DNA from: a virus
Taxonomy: Duplodnaviria; Heunggongvirae; Uroviricota; Caudoviricetes
Virus record (IMG/VR): IMGVR_UViG_3300045988_071311
Coordinates: 1 to 29,313 of that record
Direction: 5' to 3' (one strand)
Length of the DNA stretch: 29,313 bases
This document shows, in pieces, positions 17,348 to 27,281 of the stretch. How positions within the stretch are numbered: the first letter of the stretch is position 1; each line of letters begins with the position of its first letter. Below the pieces are notes generated by a model that had not been told where the DNA came from, did not search any database, and saw only the letters and a program-made list of their open reading frames with translations. The position numbers were made by a program, and so were the translations under genes.

Positions 17348-17926
17348 ATGAACGCACAATTAACCGAAATCATGCGCCTTATCACCAATCTGATCCGCAC
17401 AGGTGTAGTCACCGAAGTGGACCGGGAAAACTGGCTTTGTCGGGTGAAAACGGGCGACCTTGAAACCAACTGGATTAACTGGCTGACGCTGCGCGCGGGT
17501 AATGCCCGCACATGGTGGAAACCATCGGAAGGTGAGCAGGTGGTGCTGCTGAGTCTGGGCGGCAATCTGGAGACTGCCTTTGCGTTGCCCGCCATCTATT
17601 CGAATCAGTTCGCTCCACCGTCGACGTCGGCGGACGCCTGCGTGACAGAACATCCTGACGGCGGCTGGTTTGAATATGAACCCGCCACCGGGCGCTGGTA
17701 TGTCAGGGGCATCAAATCAATGGTCATTGAGGCCGCTGACAACATCACCATGAAAACCAGTGAGTTTGTGCTGGAGGCTGACCGCACGCGTATTAACAGC
17801 GAAGTGGTGATCAATGGTGGCGTTACCCAGGGCGGCGGTGCAATGAGTTCTAACGGAATTGTGGTTGATGCGCATCAGCATACTGGCGTCCTGAAAGGCG
17901 GCGATACAACTGGAGGCCCGGTATGA
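17348..17926 (+). CDS. V: Baseplate spike/assembly protein V
   Basis: 192 aa (P2 gpV 211 aa), first gene after the PV site. Confidence 0.85.
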   Translation: MNAQLTEIMRLITNLIRTGVVTEVDRENWLCRVKTGDLETNWINWLTLRAGNARTWWKPSEGEQVVLLSLGGNLETAFALPAIYSNQFAPPSTSADACVTEHPDGGWFEYEPATGRWYVRGIKSMVIEAADNITMKTSEFVLEADRTRINSEVVINGGVTQGGGAMSSNGIVVDAHQHTGVLKGGDTTGGPV

Positions 17927-18282
17927 CGCTTTATAGCGGGATGAACAATACCAGCGGTAAAGCCATTACTGATATTGACCATCTGCGCCAGTCGGTGCGG
18001 GACATTTTGCTGACGCCGCAGGGTAGCCGCATTGCCCGCCGGGAATATGGTTCCCTGCTGTCGGCACTGATAGACCAGCCACAAAATCCGGCGTTACGCC
18101 TGCAGGTCATGTCGGCAGTGTATGTGGCGCTGAGTCGCTGGGAGCCACGGCTGACGCTGGATTCCATCACCATCAACAGCCATTTTGACGGTTCAATGAT
18201 GGTGGAGCTGACCGGGCGACGTAATAACGGTGTGCCTGTTTCCCTTTCCGTATCAACAGGAGCAGAGAATGGCAGTGATTGA
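17923..18282 (+). CDS. W: Baseplate protein W
   Basis: 119 aa (P2 gpW 115 aa), 4-nt overlap with V. Confidence 0.85.
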   Translation: MTLYSGMNNTSGKAITDIDHLRQSVRDILLTPQGSRIARREYGSLLSALIDQPQNPALRLQVMSAVYVALSRWEPRLTLDSITINSHFDGSMMVELTGRRNNGVPVSLSVSTGAENGSD

Positions 18283-19177
18283 CCTTTCGCAGTTGCCTGC
18301 GCCGCAGATTGTCGATGTGCCAGACTTTGAGACGCTGCTTGCCGAACGCAAGGCAGAATTTGTGGCGCTTCATCCGAAAGATGAGCAGGAAGCAGTGATC
18401 CGCACGCTGGAACTGGAATCTGAACCCGTCACCAAATTGTTGCAGGAGAACGCTTACCGTGAGTTGCTTCTGCGCCAGCGTATTAACGAAGCCGCGCAGG
18501 CGGTGATGGTGGCTTATGCGATGGGCGGCGATCTGGACCAGCTCGCTGCCAACTACAACGTGAAACGCCTGACGGTGACGCCTGCTGATAATGACGCTGT
18601 GCCGCCCGTTGCGGCTGTGATGGAAAGCGATGAAGCGTTACGCCTGCGTGTGCCTGCAGCCTTTGAAGGACTTTCAGTTGCGGGGCCAACTGCCGCTTAT
18701 GAATTTCATGCACGAAGCGCCGACGGTCGGGTGGCGGATGCCAGTGCAACCAGTCCGGCACCTGCAGAGGTGGTGCTGACTGTCCTTAGCCGCGAAGGCA
18801 ACGGAACAGCAGAAAAAGACCTGCTGGATGTGGTGGAGAAAGCCCTGAACAGTGAGAACGTCCGCCCGGTGGCTGACCGTCTGACGGTTCGCAGCGCAGA
18901 AATCATCCCGTACCGCGTGGAAGCCACCATTTTTCTCTATCCGGGGCCGGAAGCAGAACCGGTAATGGCAGCGGCAAAAGCCAGCCTGCAGAAGTACATC
19001 GCCAGTCAGACGCGGCTTGGTCGGGATATTCGCCGTAGCGCCATCTTTGCCGCCCTGCATGTTGAGGGTGTTCAACGTGTGGAACTGGCTTCCCCGCAGG
19101 CGGATGTGGTCCTGAACAAAACGCAGGCGGCATCATGTACGCAGTGGAGCGTGACCAACGGGGGAACGGATGAATAG
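18269..19177 (+). CDS. J: Baseplate protein J
   Basis: ORF-track 18230; ATG at 18269 with SD aggag (MAVIDLSQLP...). About 302 aa, matching P2 gpJ. Confidence 0.85.
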   Translation: MAVIDLSQLPAPQIVDVPDFETLLAERKAEFVALHPKDEQEAVIRTLELESEPVTKLLQENAYRELLLRQRINEAAQAVMVAYAMGGDLDQLAANYNVKRLTVTPADNDAVPPVAAVMESDEALRLRVPAAFEGLSVAGPTAAYEFHARSADGRVADASATSPAPAEVVLTVLSREGNGTAEKDLLDVVEKALNSENVRPVADRLTVRSAEIIPYRVEATIFLYPGPEAEPVMAAAKASLQKYIASQTRLGRDIRRSAIFAALHVEGVQRVELASPQADVVLNKTQAASCTQWSVTNGGTDE

Positions 19178-19775
19178 TCTGCTGCCTCCGGGTTCAACGC
19201 CACTGGAGCGCCGACTGGCGCAAGCGTGCAGCGGGATTTCTGATTTGCAGGTACCGCTGCGTGACCTGTGGGATCCGGCTACCTGTCCGGTCAGTTTCCT
19301 GCCTTATCTCGCCTGGGCGTTCTCTGTGGATCGATGGGACGAGGGCTGGACGGAAAGCGTCAAACGCCAGGTGGTGAAGGATGCTTTTTATATTCATCAG
19401 CATAAAGGAACCACCAGTGCCGTGCGGCGGGTGGTGGAGCCGTTCGGCTTTCTGATCCGCATTATTGAGTGGTGGCAGACCGGAGAAACACCAGGCACGT
19501 TTCGCCTGGATATCGGCGTGCAGGACCAGGGCATCACTGAAGATACCTATCTGGAACTTGAGCGACTGATAAGCGATGCCAAACCATGTAGCCGTCACAT
19601 GATCGGCATGTCCATCAATCTGCAGACCAGCGGCCCGCATTGGGTGGGAGCCGCCAGTTATCTTGGCGAAGAAATCACGATCTATCCGTATATCAACGAA
19701 ACAATTATTTCCAGCGGCACCGCGCATGAAGGCGGGGCGGTCCATGTTATTGACACAATGAGAGTGAATCCATGA
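19170..19775 (+). CDS. I: Baseplate/tail fiber attachment protein I
   Basis: 201 aa, position after J. Confidence 0.8.
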   Translation: MNSLLPPGSTPLERRLAQACSGISDLQVPLRDLWDPATCPVSFLPYLAWAFSVDRWDEGWTESVKRQVVKDAFYIHQHKGTTSAVRRVVEPFGFLIRIIEWWQTGETPGTFRLDIGVQDQGITEDTYLELERLISDAKPCSRHMIGMSINLQTSGPHWVGAASYLGEEITIYPYINETIISSGTAHEGGAVHVIDTMRVNP

Positions 19776-21286
19776 GCACAAAATTTTATACCCTGCTGAC
19801 GGATATTGGCGCGGCGAAACTTGCCAGCGCCGCCGCGCTCGGTGTGCCTTTAAAAATTACCCATATGGCGGTCGGCGATGGCGGCGGAACATTGCCAACG
19901 CCGGACGCAAAGCAGACAGCATTGGTAAATGAGAAACGCCGGGCTGCGCTGAATATGCTCTATATCGACCCGCAGAACAGCAGCCAGATTATTGCTGAAC
20001 AGGTGATCCCTGAAAACGAGGGCGGTTGGTGGATACGTGAAGTGGGCCTGTTTGATGAGTCCGGGGCATTGATTGCCGTGGGCAACTGCCCGGAAAGCTA
20101 TAAGCCGCAACTGGCTGAAGGCAGCGGGCGCACCCAGACCGTGCGCATGGTGCTGATTACCAGCAGTACGGACAATATCACCCTGAAAATCGACCCTGCT
20201 GTAGTACTGGCAACTCGCAAGTATGTGGATGATGAAGTCCTGGAATTAAAGCTATATGTGGATGACCAGATGAGAAACCACATTGCCGCACAAGATCCTC
20301 ATACCCAGTATGCGCAGAAACATAATCCGACATTTACCGGAGAACCAAAAGCGCCGACGCCTGCAGCAGGAAATAACACCACGCGGATTGCGACCACTGA
20401 GTTTGTTCAGGCCGCTATTACTGCTCTGATTAACGGCGCGCCAGCCACGCTGGACACACTGAAAGAAATTGCCGCAGCCATTAACAATGACCCGAAATTC
20501 AGTACCACCATTAACAATGCGCTGGCACTAAAAGCACCGTTGTCGAGTCCGGCACTCACCGGAACGCCAACAGCCCCCACGGCGGCGCAATCGGTCAACA
20601 ATACACAGATTGCCACTACCGCTTTTGTGAAATCGGCAATTGCAGCAATGGTTGGTTCTGCACCTGCTGCACTGGATACATTGAACGAGCTGGCAGCGGC
20701 GCTGGGGAATGATCCGAACTTTGCCACTACAATGTTGAATGCTCTGTCAGGTAAACAACCGCTGGACAATACGCTGACTAATTTGAGTGGAAAGGATGTT
20801 GCTGGTCTTCTCGCGTACCTTGGTTTGGGAGAAGGTTCAGCATTACCTGTAGGTATCCCTGTTCCGTGGCCTTCTTCCACTCCGCCGACAGGCTGGTTGA
20901 AATGCAATGGTGCTGCCTTTGATAAGGTGAAATATCCCCGACTTGCTACAGCATATCCATCAGGAAAAGTACCCGATCTTCGTGGCGAGTTTATTCGTGG
21001 CTGGGATGACGGGCGTGGAGTGGACAGTGGGCGAGCGTTATTGAGTGCTCAGAGCGATACGCTGCAAAATATTACAGGGAGCTTTTTGGATATGACCACG
21101 GGGCCAAATAATAATACTGTCGGCGTATTTACCTCTTCAACATTGACACCAAATCTCGCATCAATTGCAACAGGTGGTACATATAAACAGGCGAATTATT
21201 ATTTTGATGCATCACGTGTTGCCAGAACATCAACGGAAACACGTGCGCGAAATATTGCATTTAACTATATAGTGAGGGCTGCATAA
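19772..21286 (+). CDS. H: Tail fiber protein H
   Basis: 504 aa. Conserved N-terminus MSTKFYTLLTDIGAAKLA... typical of P2-family gpH. Internal duplicated segments of about 45 aa and a divergent C-terminal region. Confidence 0.85.
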   Translation: MSTKFYTLLTDIGAAKLASAAALGVPLKITHMAVGDGGGTLPTPDAKQTALVNEKRRAALNMLYIDPQNSSQIIAEQVIPENEGGWWIREVGLFDESGALIAVGNCPESYKPQLAEGSGRTQTVRMVLITSSTDNITLKIDPAVVLATRKYVDDEVLELKLYVDDQMRNHIAAQDPHTQYAQKHNPTFTGEPKAPTPAAGNNTTRIATTEFVQAAITALINGAPATLDTLKEIAAAINNDPKFSTTINNALALKAPLSSPALTGTPTAPTAAQSVNNTQIATTAFVKSAIAAMVGSAPAALDTLNELAAALGNDPNFATTMLNALSGKQPLDNTLTNLSGKDVAGLLAYLGLGEGSALPVGIPVPWPSSTPPTGWLKCNGAAFDKVKYPRLATAYPSGKVPDLRGEFIRGWDDGRGVDSGRALLSAQSDTLQNITGSFLDMTTGPNNNTVGVFTSSTLTPNLASIATGGTYKQANYYFDASRVARTSTETRARNIAFNYIVRAA

Positions 21287-21888
21287 TGGATAATGCTGTA
21301 TTAAATAGCGAGTTTATTGCCACGAAGGCGGGGAATATTGCTGTCTATAATTATAATGGTGAAACACGAGAATATATTTCCACATCAACTGAATATCTTG
21401 CCGTTGGTGTCGGTATTCCGGCATGTTCCTGTTTAGATGCACCAGGAACATATAAAGCTGGTTATGCCATCTGCCGCTCTGCGGATTTAAACTCATGGGA
21501 ATATGTGCCAGACCATCGCGGTGAAACTGTCTATAGCACCGAAACGGGAGATGCCAAAGAAATCACAAATCCGGGTGATTACCCTGAAAATACAACCAAT
21601 ATCGCCCCGTTAACGCCATATGATAAATGGGATGGTGAGAAATGGGTGACGGATACCGAAATACAACATCGCGCCGCAGTAGAAGCGGCAGAAACACTGC
21701 GTCGGTCACTGATTGATACTGCAATGGCTTCCGTTAGTTTGATTCAACTGAAATTACGGGCCGGAAGAAAATTAACTGATGCAGAAACAGTAAAACTTAA
21801 TGCTGTTCTTGACTACATCGATGCAGTGACGGCAACAGATATCAGCACTGCCCCTGATATTGCCTGGCCCGAACTACCAGAATTTTAA
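21286..21888 (+). CDS. G: Tail fiber assembly chaperone G
   Basis: 200 aa immediately after H with overlapping stop and start. Confidence 0.8.
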   Translation: MDNAVLNSEFIATKAGNIAVYNYNGETREYISTSTEYLAVGVGIPACSCLDAPGTYKAGYAICRSADLNSWEYVPDHRGETVYSTETGDAKEITNPGDYPENTTNIAPLTPYDKWDGEKWVTDTEIQHRAAVEAAETLRRSLIDTAMASVSLIQLKLRAGRKLTDAETVKLNAVLDYIDAVTATDISTAPDIAWPELPEF

Positions 21889-21895
21889 ATTCCTG

Positions 21896-21918
21896 CCCCG
21901 CGTCTGCGGGGATTTTTT
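21896..21918 (+). terminator. Rho-independent terminator after G
   Basis: Hairpin ccccgc-gtct-gcgggg followed by atttttt. Confidence 0.7.
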
Positions 21919-21929
21919 CACCTTGCCGT

Positions 21930-21947
21930 TGTGCCATTTTCCATACA
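21930..21947. promoter_or_regulatory. Ogr-type late promoter site for PF (TGT-N12-ACA)
   Basis: tgt gccattttccat aca, about 75 bp upstream of the FI start codon. Confidence 0.65.
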
Positions 21948-22022
21948 AGCCACATCGCGTGCACCCTGCGCGTATCAACCAGAACATAGGCAGACCCCCT
22001 CTACTACCGGAGAGACTGCCTT

Positions 22023-23195
22023 ATGGCTCAGGATTACCACCACGGGGTGCGCGTTGTTGAAGTCAACGAAGGCACCCGATCCATTACCACGGTGAGCACC
22101 GCCATTGTGGGTATGGTCTGCACGGGCGATGATGCCGATGCAAAAATGTTTCCTCTTAATAAACCCGTGCTGATCACTGATGTGCTGACTGCCAGCGGTA
22201 AAGCGGGTGAGTCCGGCACGCTGGCCCGTTCGCTGGATGCCATCGCTGACCAGGCAAAACCCGTGACCGTTGTTGTGCGTGTGCCGCAGGGTGAAACGGA
22301 AGAAGAAACCACGACTAATATCATCGGCGCAGTGACCGCTGAAGGTAAAAAAACAGGCATGAAAGCCCTGTTATCTGCCCAGACACAGCTCGGCGTTAAA
22401 CCGCGCATTCTCGGCGTACCAGGTCACGATAACAAAGCCGTTGCGACTGAGTTGCTGAGCGTGGCGCAAAGCCTGCGTGGGTTTGCTTACCTGTCAGCGT
22501 ATGGCTGCAAGACGGTACAGGAGGCGATCACTTACCGTGAAAACTTCAGCCAGCGCGAAGGAATGCTGATCTGGCCTGATTTTACTGGCTGGGACACGGT
22601 GCTGAATGCCGAAGCAACGGCATACGCCACCGCGCGTGCGCTTGGCCTGCGCGCCAAAATTGACGAGCAGACCGGATGGCACAAAAGCCTGTCCAACGTG
22701 GGCGTGAACGGTGTCACCGGAATTTCTGCTGATGTGTTCTGGGATCTGCAGGACCCGGCAACAGATGCAGGTCTGCTTAACCAGAACGACGTTACCACGC
22801 TTATCCGCAAAGACGGTTTTCGCTTCTGGGGTTCCCGCTGTCTGAGTGATGATCCGCTTTTTGCCTTTGAGAACTACACCCGCACGGCGCAGGTACTGAT
22901 GGACACGATGGCAGAAGCGCACATGTGGGCGGTGGACAAACCGCTGAACCCGTCGCTGGCCCGCGACATTATCGAAGGTATCCGCGCCAAAATGCGCAGC
23001 CTGGTCAGTCAGGGCTATCTCATTGGTGGTGATTGCTGGCTGGACGAGTCGGTGAACGATAAAGACACGCTGAAAGCCGGAAAACTCACCATCGATTACG
23101 ACTACACGCCAGTACCGCCACTTGAAAACCTGATGCTGCGCCAGCGCATCACCGATCAGTACCTGGTGAATTTCTCCAGCCAGGTCAGCGCGTAA
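22023..23195 (+). CDS. FI: Tail sheath protein
   Basis: 390 aa (P2 FI about 396 aa), position and order. Confidence 0.9.
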   Translation: MAQDYHHGVRVVEVNEGTRSITTVSTAIVGMVCTGDDADAKMFPLNKPVLITDVLTASGKAGESGTLARSLDAIADQAKPVTVVVRVPQGETEEETTTNIIGAVTAEGKKTGMKALLSAQTQLGVKPRILGVPGHDNKAVATELLSVAQSLRGFAYLSAYGCKTVQEAITYRENFSQREGMLIWPDFTGWDTVLNAEATAYATARALGLRAKIDEQTGWHKSLSNVGVNGVTGISADVFWDLQDPATDAGLLNQNDVTTLIRKDGFRFWGSRCLSDDPLFAFENYTRTAQVLMDTMAEAHMWAVDKPLNPSLARDIIEGIRAKMRSLVSQGYLIGGDCWLDESVNDKDTLKAGKLTIDYDYTPVPPLENLMLRQRITDQYLVNFSSQVSA

Positions 23196-23204
23196 GGGGA
23201 CAAC

Positions 23205-23720
23205 ATGGCTTTACCACGTAAATTAAAACACCTGAACCTGTTTAACGACGGGAACAACTGGCAGGGGATCGTTGAGTCGCTGACGCTGCCGAAATTTACC
23301 CGCAAATATGAGAAGTATCGCGGCGGCGGAATGCCGGGTGCGGTGGATGTGGATCTGGGGCTGGATGACGGCGCACTGGATACTGAATTTTCCATTGGCG
23401 GTACTGAGCTGCTGCTGTTTAAGCAGATGGGCAAAGCTACGGTGGATGGCATCCAGCTGCGCTTTACCGGCTCTATCCAGCGTGACGATACCGGGGAAGT
23501 GCAGGCCGTGGAGCTTGTGGTGCGTGGACGTCACAAAGAAGTGGATTCCGGCGAGTGGAAGACGGGCGAAAGCAACACCACCAAAGTGACCAGTACCAAC
23601 AGCTACGCGAAGCTGACCATCAATGGTGAGGTGCTCTATGAAGTGGACCTTATCAACATGGTGGAAATTGTGGACGGTGTGGACCTGATGGAAGCGCACC
23701 GCAACGCCCTCGGCCTCTGA
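23205..23720 (+). CDS. FII: Tail tube protein
   Basis: 171 aa (P2 FII 172 aa). Confidence 0.9.
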   Translation: MALPRKLKHLNLFNDGNNWQGIVESLTLPKFTRKYEKYRGGGMPGAVDVDLGLDDGALDTEFSIGGTELLLFKQMGKATVDGIQLRFTGSIQRDDTGEVQAVELVVRGRHKEVDSGEWKTGESNTTKVTSTNSYAKLTINGEVLYEVDLINMVEIVDGVDLMEAHRNALGL

Positions 23721-23774
23721 TCTATCTGAACGGCGCGGGATACCGCGCCAGAACCCAATTTACAGGACAACAAA

Positions 23775-24077
23775 ATGAGCGATAAGCAGACTGAAAAGAC
23801 CATTCAACTGGATACTCCCATCATGCGCGGTAAAACAGAAATTACCGAAATTGTGCTGCGTAAACCGCAGTCCGGTGCGCTGCGCGGTACACGTCTGCAG
23901 GCCATTATGGATATGGATGTGAACGCGATGATGACCGTGCTCCCCCGCATTTCCAGTCCGGCACTGACTTCACAGGAAATTGCAGAGATGGACCCGGCAG
24001 ATCTCACCGCCATGTCGGTTGAGGTTGTCACTTTTTTGTTGAAGAAGTCGGTGCTTGCCGGTTTACCGACAGCCTGA
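23775..24077 (+). CDS. E: Tail assembly chaperone E
   Basis: 100 aa, directly upstream of the tape-measure gene; contains a slippery site near its 3' end. Confidence 0.85.
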   Translation: MSDKQTEKTIQLDTPIMRGKTEITEIVLRKPQSGALRGTRLQAIMDMDVNAMMTVLPRISSPALTSQEIAEMDPADLTAMSVEVVTFLLKKSVLAGLPTA

Positions 24078-24211
24078 CAGTTGACGATCTGGTGGCAGAT
24101 ATCGCCACCATTTTTCACTGGCCGCCATCCGTTACTGACGTTATGCCGCTGACCGAAGTGCTGGAATGGCGGTATAAAGCGATTCAGAGAAGCGGGGCCA
24201 ACGATGAGTGA
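23775..24211 (+). CDS. E': E+E' fusion made by programmed -1 frameshift (slip at 24032..24038)
   Basis: Slippery heptamer T TTT TTG in the E frame. I translated the -1 frame by hand from 24038 and it stays open to TGA at 24209..24211, overlapping the T start. Same arrangement as P2 E/E'. Confidence 0.7.
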
Positions 24212-27200
24212 TAATAACCTGCGCCTGCAGGTCATTCTTAATGCGGTTGACAAACTCACCCGCCCATTCCGTGCTGCACAGGCCAGTTCGAAAGAGCTGG
24301 CTGGCGCAATTCAGAATACCCGAAACAGCCTCAAAGAACTGAATAAGCAGGCTGGCAGAATTGATGAATTTCGCAAGACGCGCTCGCAACTAGCCATAAC
24401 AGCCAACAACCTGATCGCAGCCCGCGAAGAGGCGGCAAAACTCGCCACACAATTTGCTGCCACTAACAGGCCAACCGCCGCGCAGGCAAAGTTATTCAGT
24501 CAGGCCAAAACACGAGTACAGGAACTTCAGCAGACCTATAACGGCTTGTTGGGGGCGGTCCAGAGACAACGTCAGGCACTTAAAGAATCAGGGATTGATA
24601 CCAGACAACTCAGTAGTGCCCAGCGAGAACTTAAGAAAAATGCTGAAGAAACAAGGCAGGCACTGGAGGGCCAGCAAAAAGCACTTAAACGTCTGGGTGA
24701 ACAACAGGCACGGATGAACGCTGCCAGAGAACAATACTCAAGACGGCTTGAAGTGCGCGATCGCATCGCAGGAGCCGGAGCCACCACCACGGCTGCAGGG
24801 CTGGCAATGGGCGCACCAGTGATGGCGGCAGTAAAAAGCTATACCAGCATGGAAGATGCCATGAAAGGTGTGGCAAAGCAGGTCAATGGTCTGCGTGACG
24901 ATAATGGCAACCGCACTGCACGTTTTTATGAAATGCAGGATGCCATCAAAGCTGCCAGCGAACAGTTGCCGATGGAAAACGGTGCGGTGGACTTCGCTGC
25001 ACTGGTTGAAGGTGGGGCGCGCATGAACGTCGCAAACCCTGACGACAGCTGGGAAGACCAGAAACGTGACCTGCTGGCCTTCGCCAGCACGGCGGCAAAG
25101 GCGGCAACAGCCTTTGAGCTGCCAGCGGATGAACTGTCAGAAAGTCTGGGGAAAATCGCCCAGCTCTACAAAATCCCTACCCGCAATATTGAACAGCTTG
25201 GTGATGCGCTGAACTATCTGGATGATAACGCCATGTCGAAAGGGGCGGACATCATTGATGTCATGCAACGCCTGGGCGGTGTGGCTGACCGTCTGGATTA
25301 TCGTAAAGCGGCGGCGCTGGGTTCCACCTTCCTGACACTGGGCGCTGCGCCGGAGGTTGCTGCCAGTGCAGCAAACGCGATGGTGCGTGAATTATCCATT
25401 GCCACCATGCAGAGCAAGAGTTTTTTTGAAGGGATGAATCTGCTGAAACTCAATCCTGAAGTGATTGAAAAACAGATGACGAAGGATGCGATGGGAACTA
25501 TCCAGCGCGTGCTGGAGAAGGTGAATGCACTGCCGCAGGACAAGCGCCTGTCTGCCATGACCATGTTGTTTGGTAAAGAGTTTGGCGATGACGCGGCGAA
25601 ACTGGCAAACAACCTGCCGGAACTGCAGCGCCAGCTAAAACTGACAGCGGGCAATGATGCGCTCGGCTCCATGCAGAAAGAATCCGACATTAACAAGGAT
25701 TCACTTTCTGCGCAGTGGTTGCTGGTCAAAACCACTGCACAGAATACCTTCAGCAGCCTGGGCGAAACGCTGCGCCAGCCGCTGATGGATATTCTGTACA
25801 CGGTGAAAAGCGTCACGGGGGCGTTGCGTCGCTGGGTGGAAGCTAACCCGGAACTGACGGACACACTGATGAAAGTAGCAGCGGTTGTGGCTGCCGTTAC
25901 CGTAGGCCTCGGCACCCTGGCTGTGGTGTTGGCTGCAGTGCTGGGGCCGCTGGCAGTCATCCGTCTGGGATTCTCTGTGCTGGGTATCAAAACGTTACCT
26001 TCCGTTACGGTAGCAGTAACACGAACCAGCAGCGCGTTGTCCTGGTTAGCTGGCGCACCATTGGCACTGCTGCGACGCGGGCTTGCTTCATCGGGCAACG
26101 CAGCGGGTTTACTTACTGCGCCGTTGTCGTCTTTGCGCCGCACAGCATCACTGACGGGGAATGTCCTGAAAACTGTAGCAGGTGTGCCGGTTGCACTGTT
26201 GCGGTCTGGATTATCCGGTTTACGTGCGGTTGCTGTGATGTTTATGAATCCACTGGCGGTACTGCGCGGTGGACTGGCTGCCGCAGGCGCGGTGCTTCGT
26301 GTGCTTGCATCCGGCCCGCTGGCGATGCTGCGCGTTGCCCTGTATGCCATATCTGGTCTGTTAGGTGCTCTGCTCAGTCCGATAGGTCTTGTGGCTACTG
26401 CTCTGGCGGGTGTGGCGCTGGTTGTCTGGAAATACTGGCAACCCATCACCGCATTTCTCGGTGGTGTGGTCGAAGGATTCAAAGCGGCGGCAGGTCCCAT
26501 CAGTGCAGCGTTCGAACCTCTTAAGCCAGTGTTCCAGTGGATTGGCGACAAAGTGCAGGCGCTGTGGGGCTGGTTTACTGATCTGCTGGCGCCCGTTAAG
26601 TCGACCTCTGCCGAACTGCAGAGCGCAGCGGCAATGGGGCGACGATTCGGGGAGGCGCTGGCGGAAGGGCTGAATATGGTTATGCATCCGCTGGATTCCC
26701 TCAAATCCGGAGTTTCCTGGTTGCTGGAGAAACTCGGCATTGTCAGTAAAGAGGCTGCAAAGGCGAAACTGCCGGAAAGTGTGACGCGTCAGCAACCTGC
26801 GACGGTGAATGCGGACGGTAAAGTGATGATGCCATCGGGTGATTTTCCGTCATGGGGATATGGCTTTGCGGGGATGTATGACAGCGGCGGGTATATCCCG
26901 CGCGGGCAGTTTGGAATCGTCGGTGAAAACGGGCCGGAAATTGTTAACGGCCCGGCAAACGTGACCAGCCGGAGAAGTACCGCTGCACTGGCTGCCGTTG
27001 TTGCCGGGATGATGGGCGTTGCTGCCGCGCCTGCAGAGATTCCACCGTTGCATCCTTTGGCGCTTCCCGCGAAAGGCGGCGAAGCGATGGTGAGTCGCGC
27101 AGCCACTGTGCCTCCTGTTTACCGGATTGAGGCACCGACGCAGATCATCATCCAGACGCAGCCAGGACAAAGTGCGCAGGATATTGCGCGGGAGGTGGCA

Positions 27201-27281
27201 CGCCAGCTTGATGAACGTGAACGCAGGCTGAAGGCAAAAGCCAGGAGTAACTACAGCGATCAGGGGGGATACAACGCATGA
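24204..27281 (+). CDS. T: Tail tape measure protein
   Basis: 1025 aa. Coiled-coil-like N-terminal part, then a Gly/Ala/Leu-rich hydrophobic repeat region. Position after E/E'. Confidence 0.9.
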   Translation: MSDNNLRLQVILNAVDKLTRPFRAAQASSKELAGAIQNTRNSLKELNKQAGRIDEFRKTRSQLAITANNLIAAREEAAKLATQFAATNRPTAAQAKLFSQAKTRVQELQQTYNGLLGAVQRQRQALKESGIDTRQLSSAQRELKKNAEETRQALEGQQKALKRLGEQQARMNAAREQYSRRLEVRDRIAGAGATTTAAGLAMGAPVMAAVKSYTSMEDAMKGVAKQVNGLRDDNGNRTARFYEMQDAIKAASEQLPMENGAVDFAALVEGGARMNVANPDDSWEDQKRDLLAFASTAAKAATAFELPADELSESLGKIAQLYKIPTRNIEQLGDALNYLDDNAMSKGADIIDVMQRLGGVADRLDYRKAAALGSTFLTLGAAPEVAASAANAMVRELSIATMQSKSFFEGMNLLKLNPEVIEKQMTKDAMGTIQRVLEKVNALPQDKRLSAMTMLFGKEFGDDAAKLANNLPELQRQLKLTAGNDALGSMQKESDINKDSLSAQWLLVKTTAQNTFSSLGETLRQPLMDILYTVKSVTGALRRWVEANPELTDTLMKVAAVVAAVTVGLGTLAVVLAAVLGPLAVIRLGFSVLGIKTLPSVTVAVTRTSSALSWLAGAPLALLRRGLASSGNAAGLLTAPLSSLRRTASLTGNVLKTVAGVPVALLRSGLSGLRAVAVMFMNPLAVLRGGLAAAGAVLRVLASGPLAMLRVALYAISGLLGALLSPIGLVATALAGVALVVWKYWQPITAFLGGVVEGFKAAAGPISAAFEPLKPVFQWIGDKVQALWGWFTDLLAPVKSTSAELQSAAAMGRRFGEALAEGLNMVMHPLDSLKSGVSWLLEKLGIVSKEAAKAKLPESVTRQQPATVNADGKVMMPSGDFPSWGYGFAGMYDSGGYIPRGQFGIVGENGPEIVNGPANVTSRRSTAALAAVVAGMMGVAAAPAEIPPLHPLALPAKGGEAMVSRAATVPPVYRIEAPTQIIIQTQPGQSAQDIAREVARQLDERERRLKAKARSNYSDQGGYNA

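Noticed and set aside
25298-26740. 480-aa minus-strand ORF inside the tape measure gene
   Set aside because: Low-complexity Ala/Ser/Pro/Arg-rich translation, antisense to T; a GC-rich repeat artefact.
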